From a virus (lineage: Duplodnaviria > Caudoviricetes): a stretch of DNA of 63,673 nucleotides. Positions 62,000 to 63,673 of this stretch are shown here, in pieces (positions within the stretch are counted from its first letter, which is position 1; each line of letters starts with the position of its first letter). The position numbers were made by a program, and so were the translations under genes. The stretch spans positions 1 through 63,673 of the IMG/VR virus record IMGVR_UViG_3300008261_000064, one strand, 5' to 3'. The notes beneath the pieces are model-generated. The model was not told the DNA's origin and searched no databases. It saw only the letters and a program-made list of their open reading frames with translations.

Positions 62000-62686
62000 G
62001 AATGAATTAATTGTGTTTCTGTATGTAGCAACATCCCGTTGCCCATAGTTTTTTACTCCCTGCTTTCGCCCAGGAGGGGTATATTACACTACTTGGTAGC
62101 ACAGCGTACCCGTACCCGCTTATATACGTTTACCACAACCCCTTAAAACGTACGAAAATTACATGGGTTTTCCTCGCATACCCCTACCCTCACACAGCCC
62201 GAACTATGTAGGTAGTATGCCCACTTGGTACTAATTGACGTATACGCCACTATGCCCATAGTATGCGAATTACTCGCAAAGGCAATTTGTGTAAACCCCC
62301 ATTTAGCCTAACCAATAGCAACAGCACACTTCGCCCATACCTAATGGGCAGATGGGATAGGAATTAACTTTTCCCCCATAGGTTTACCCCCATACGATAG
62401 GTTGATGAATACTACTGCTTCTCCCCCCATGTCGCATTACGCCCTACATGGGTTTAAGTTAGGCGAATCATTCGGGACCGCCCGTCAATAGTCAATATGT
62501 CAAAGAGTCTAAAGGGATGGTTAAGTACAGGACATCGGGAATTACTCCCAAAGTTCAGCCCCCCGCAGGAATTACTCCGCACTTGGTGGCACACTTCGCC
62601 CCGCACTTGATTTTGTCAGAACAGCCCCTTATTTTTTAGGGCTGCCCCCCATGTTTACGATATTGTAATATCGTCCCTCATTGGGA
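62000..62686 (-). ncRNA. Candidate large structured non-coding RNA
   Basis: No ORF of 60 aa or more; GC-richer than flanks; many local and long-range stems. Confidence 0.6.
62493..62504 (-). promoter_or_regulatory. boxA-like element TTTGACATATTG (copy 2)
   Basis: Exact 12-nt repeat of 63180-63191; resembles the rrn-leader boxA. Confidence 0.65.
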
Positions 62687-62750
62687 TATGAAATAGAAAA
62701 TAGGGGCGGAATTGAACCGCCCTACCTTTAAAGGTATACCATACTATTTT
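62687..62750 (-). ncRNA. Mini tRNA-like element A
   Basis: AAAATAG-TATGGTATACCTTTAAAGGTA-GGGCGG-TTCAATT-CCGCCC-CTATTTT-CTATTTCATA. Confidence 0.65.
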
Positions 62751-63124
62751 TGAGCATAATAACGTCTGATTAACGTCATAACTAACCAAGCAGAAAACCT
62801 GCCGTTTTTTGCTTCTTTGCCTTTCAGCAATGGGAGCAAATTTTTAGGGCTGCAGTCTGTTTCCTTGAAATTTTTGAATGATGAAATGAAACCTTTGTCG
62901 TGTTTTACAACTTGCTTAAGGCAGAAAGATAGTGAGGTATTCTCTTTTTTTACCTCGTTATTCGTGTCAATTTTGGCGTTCTGCAAATTTTTTCCCGTAA
63001 TTCCATCCACAAGGAATGTGAATTTTTCGGTTTTCTTAATTGCTTCGCTGCCTTTCTTTGCGGACATTTTTTCTTGCTTCGCAATTACTTTGTCCATTGT
63101 TGCTGTTTTTGTTGCTGTTTTCAT
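62744..63124 (-). CDS. First early gene, basic 126-aa protein
   Basis: MKTATKTATMDK...LIRRYYAQK; A-rich start; its TAG lies in the 5' strand of tRNA-like element A. Confidence 0.75.
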   Translation of the reverse strand: MKTATKTATMDKVIAKQEKMSAKKGSEAIKKTEKFTFLVDGITGKNLQNAKIDTNNEVKKENTSLSFCLKQVVKHDKGFISSFKNFKETDCSPKNLLPLLKGKEAKNGRFSAWLVMTLIRRYYAQK

Positions 63125-63179
63125 TTTTTTAAATTTTAAATTATGAATGAATGAATAAAAAACAAAGTTGATAATATCC

Positions 63180-63191
63180 CAATATGTCAAA
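63180..63191 (-). promoter_or_regulatory. boxA-like element TTTGACATATTG (copy 1)
   Basis: Located in the leader of the first early gene. Confidence 0.65.
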
Positions 63192-63305
63192 AATCTAACG
63201 ACAAAATTCCCAGTATTACACTGAAATGAAAATTAGCATAGGAGTTACTCCCTTATCTAATTTAGCATTGTTGCCGAATGAAAAGAACTAATTTTAATAA
63301 CAATA

Positions 63306-63313
63306 CAAATATA
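63306..63313 (-). promoter_or_regulatory. Early-arm promoter -7 element TATATTTG
   Basis: TAnnTTTG with an upstream TTTG (-33-like). Confidence 0.75.
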
Positions 63314-63409
63314 AAATTACTTTGCAATTCTGCAAAATTATTTGATGTTTATTTTTCTACAATTTACGAAAACGTTTTCGTGTAAAAAATACACATTGCA
63401 AATAGCATT

Positions 63410-63494
63410 ACTAAAAAGTTTAGCAATTAAATACTAAAAAGTTTAGCTGGGGATAATACTAATTTCTTTAGCAAAGGAAACTAAAGAATTTAGC
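63410..63494. repeat. Four iteron/operator-like repeats ACTAA-N4-TTTAGC
   Basis: Start at 63410, 63433, 63458 and 63480. Confidence 0.85.
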
Positions 63495-63624
63495 GAACGG
63501 GGATTCTTGCCTTCGTGTACTTCTTACACATTAAACACATGATAAATTTTCCTAATGTGAACAATAGTGTAAAAAATACACAATAAACGTATGATAAATT
63601 TTTTTAATATGAGGGTACTCGGTA

Positions 63625-63673
63625 GTAGAAAGTAGTTTTCCCTGGGGTGGGGGCTGAGTGGCGCGGGGGGAGG
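63625..63673. repeat. Terminal direct repeat, identical to 1-49
   Basis: Exact 49-nt match to the window start. Confidence 0.97.

Noticed and set aside
62160-62180. RNase P RNA or HDV-like ribozyme (GAGGAAAACCC / TCCTCGC)
   Set aside because: Partial word matches only; I could not find the other conserved regions or the nested pseudoknot.
61944-62750. Canonical tRNA genes
   Set aside because: T-arms are present, but the linkers are only 13 and 21 nt, with no 7-nt anticodon loop and no CCA; reported as tRNA-like instead.
43643-63124. Integrase or repressor (temperate lifestyle)
   Set aside because: No recombinase or CI-like motifs were recognised; lifestyle is left undetermined.
63125-63190. 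N-terminal extension of ORF 62744-63190
   Set aside because: Its TTG start lies inside the boxA-like element; the ATG at 63124 has the typical A-rich context.
63410-63494. CRISPR mini-array
   Set aside because: Repeats are 15 bp with 7-10 bp spacers, far too short, and there are no cas genes.
1-63673. Stop-codon reassignment as in some crAss-like phages
   Set aside because: Long genes are intact in the standard code, and TAG and TGA both end genes at tight junctions.

Overview
The window appears to be a complete, circularly assembled tailed-phage genome of about 63.6 kb; the first 49 nt recur at the end. The host is most likely a Bacteroidota bacterium, judged from TAnnTTTG promoters, A-rich starts without Shine-Dalgarno sequences and a boxA-like TTTGACATATTG. 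There are two divergent arms. The + arm (250-43646) carries small basic proteins, terminase, portal, scaffold, major capsid, crAss-like ring/nozzle proteins, large ejection-type proteins, modular tail fibres and lysis genes. The - arm (63124-43643) carries early accessory genes, a dNMP kinase, a C5 methyltransferase, Sak/RecE-like recombination genes, a primase-helicase and nucleases. I could not recognise a DNA polymerase, RNA polymerase, integrase, reverse transcriptase, CRISPR array or canonical tRNA. The most striking locus is the start of the early arm (61.9-63.3 kb). It has a promoter, two copies of a 'two GTAAY-loop hairpins + boxA' element, a small basic first gene, and a ~690-nt highly structured non-coding segment bracketed by two mini tRNA-like elements with an identical 3' trailer. 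Other highlights are a small basic gene nested out of frame inside the 2170-aa virion protein, DNA-level anchor repeats shared between tail-fibre genes, a kissing-loop RNA, an A_AAA_AAG frameshift and apparently leaderless late transcripts. All protein calls come from motif recognition and synteny, without database searches.
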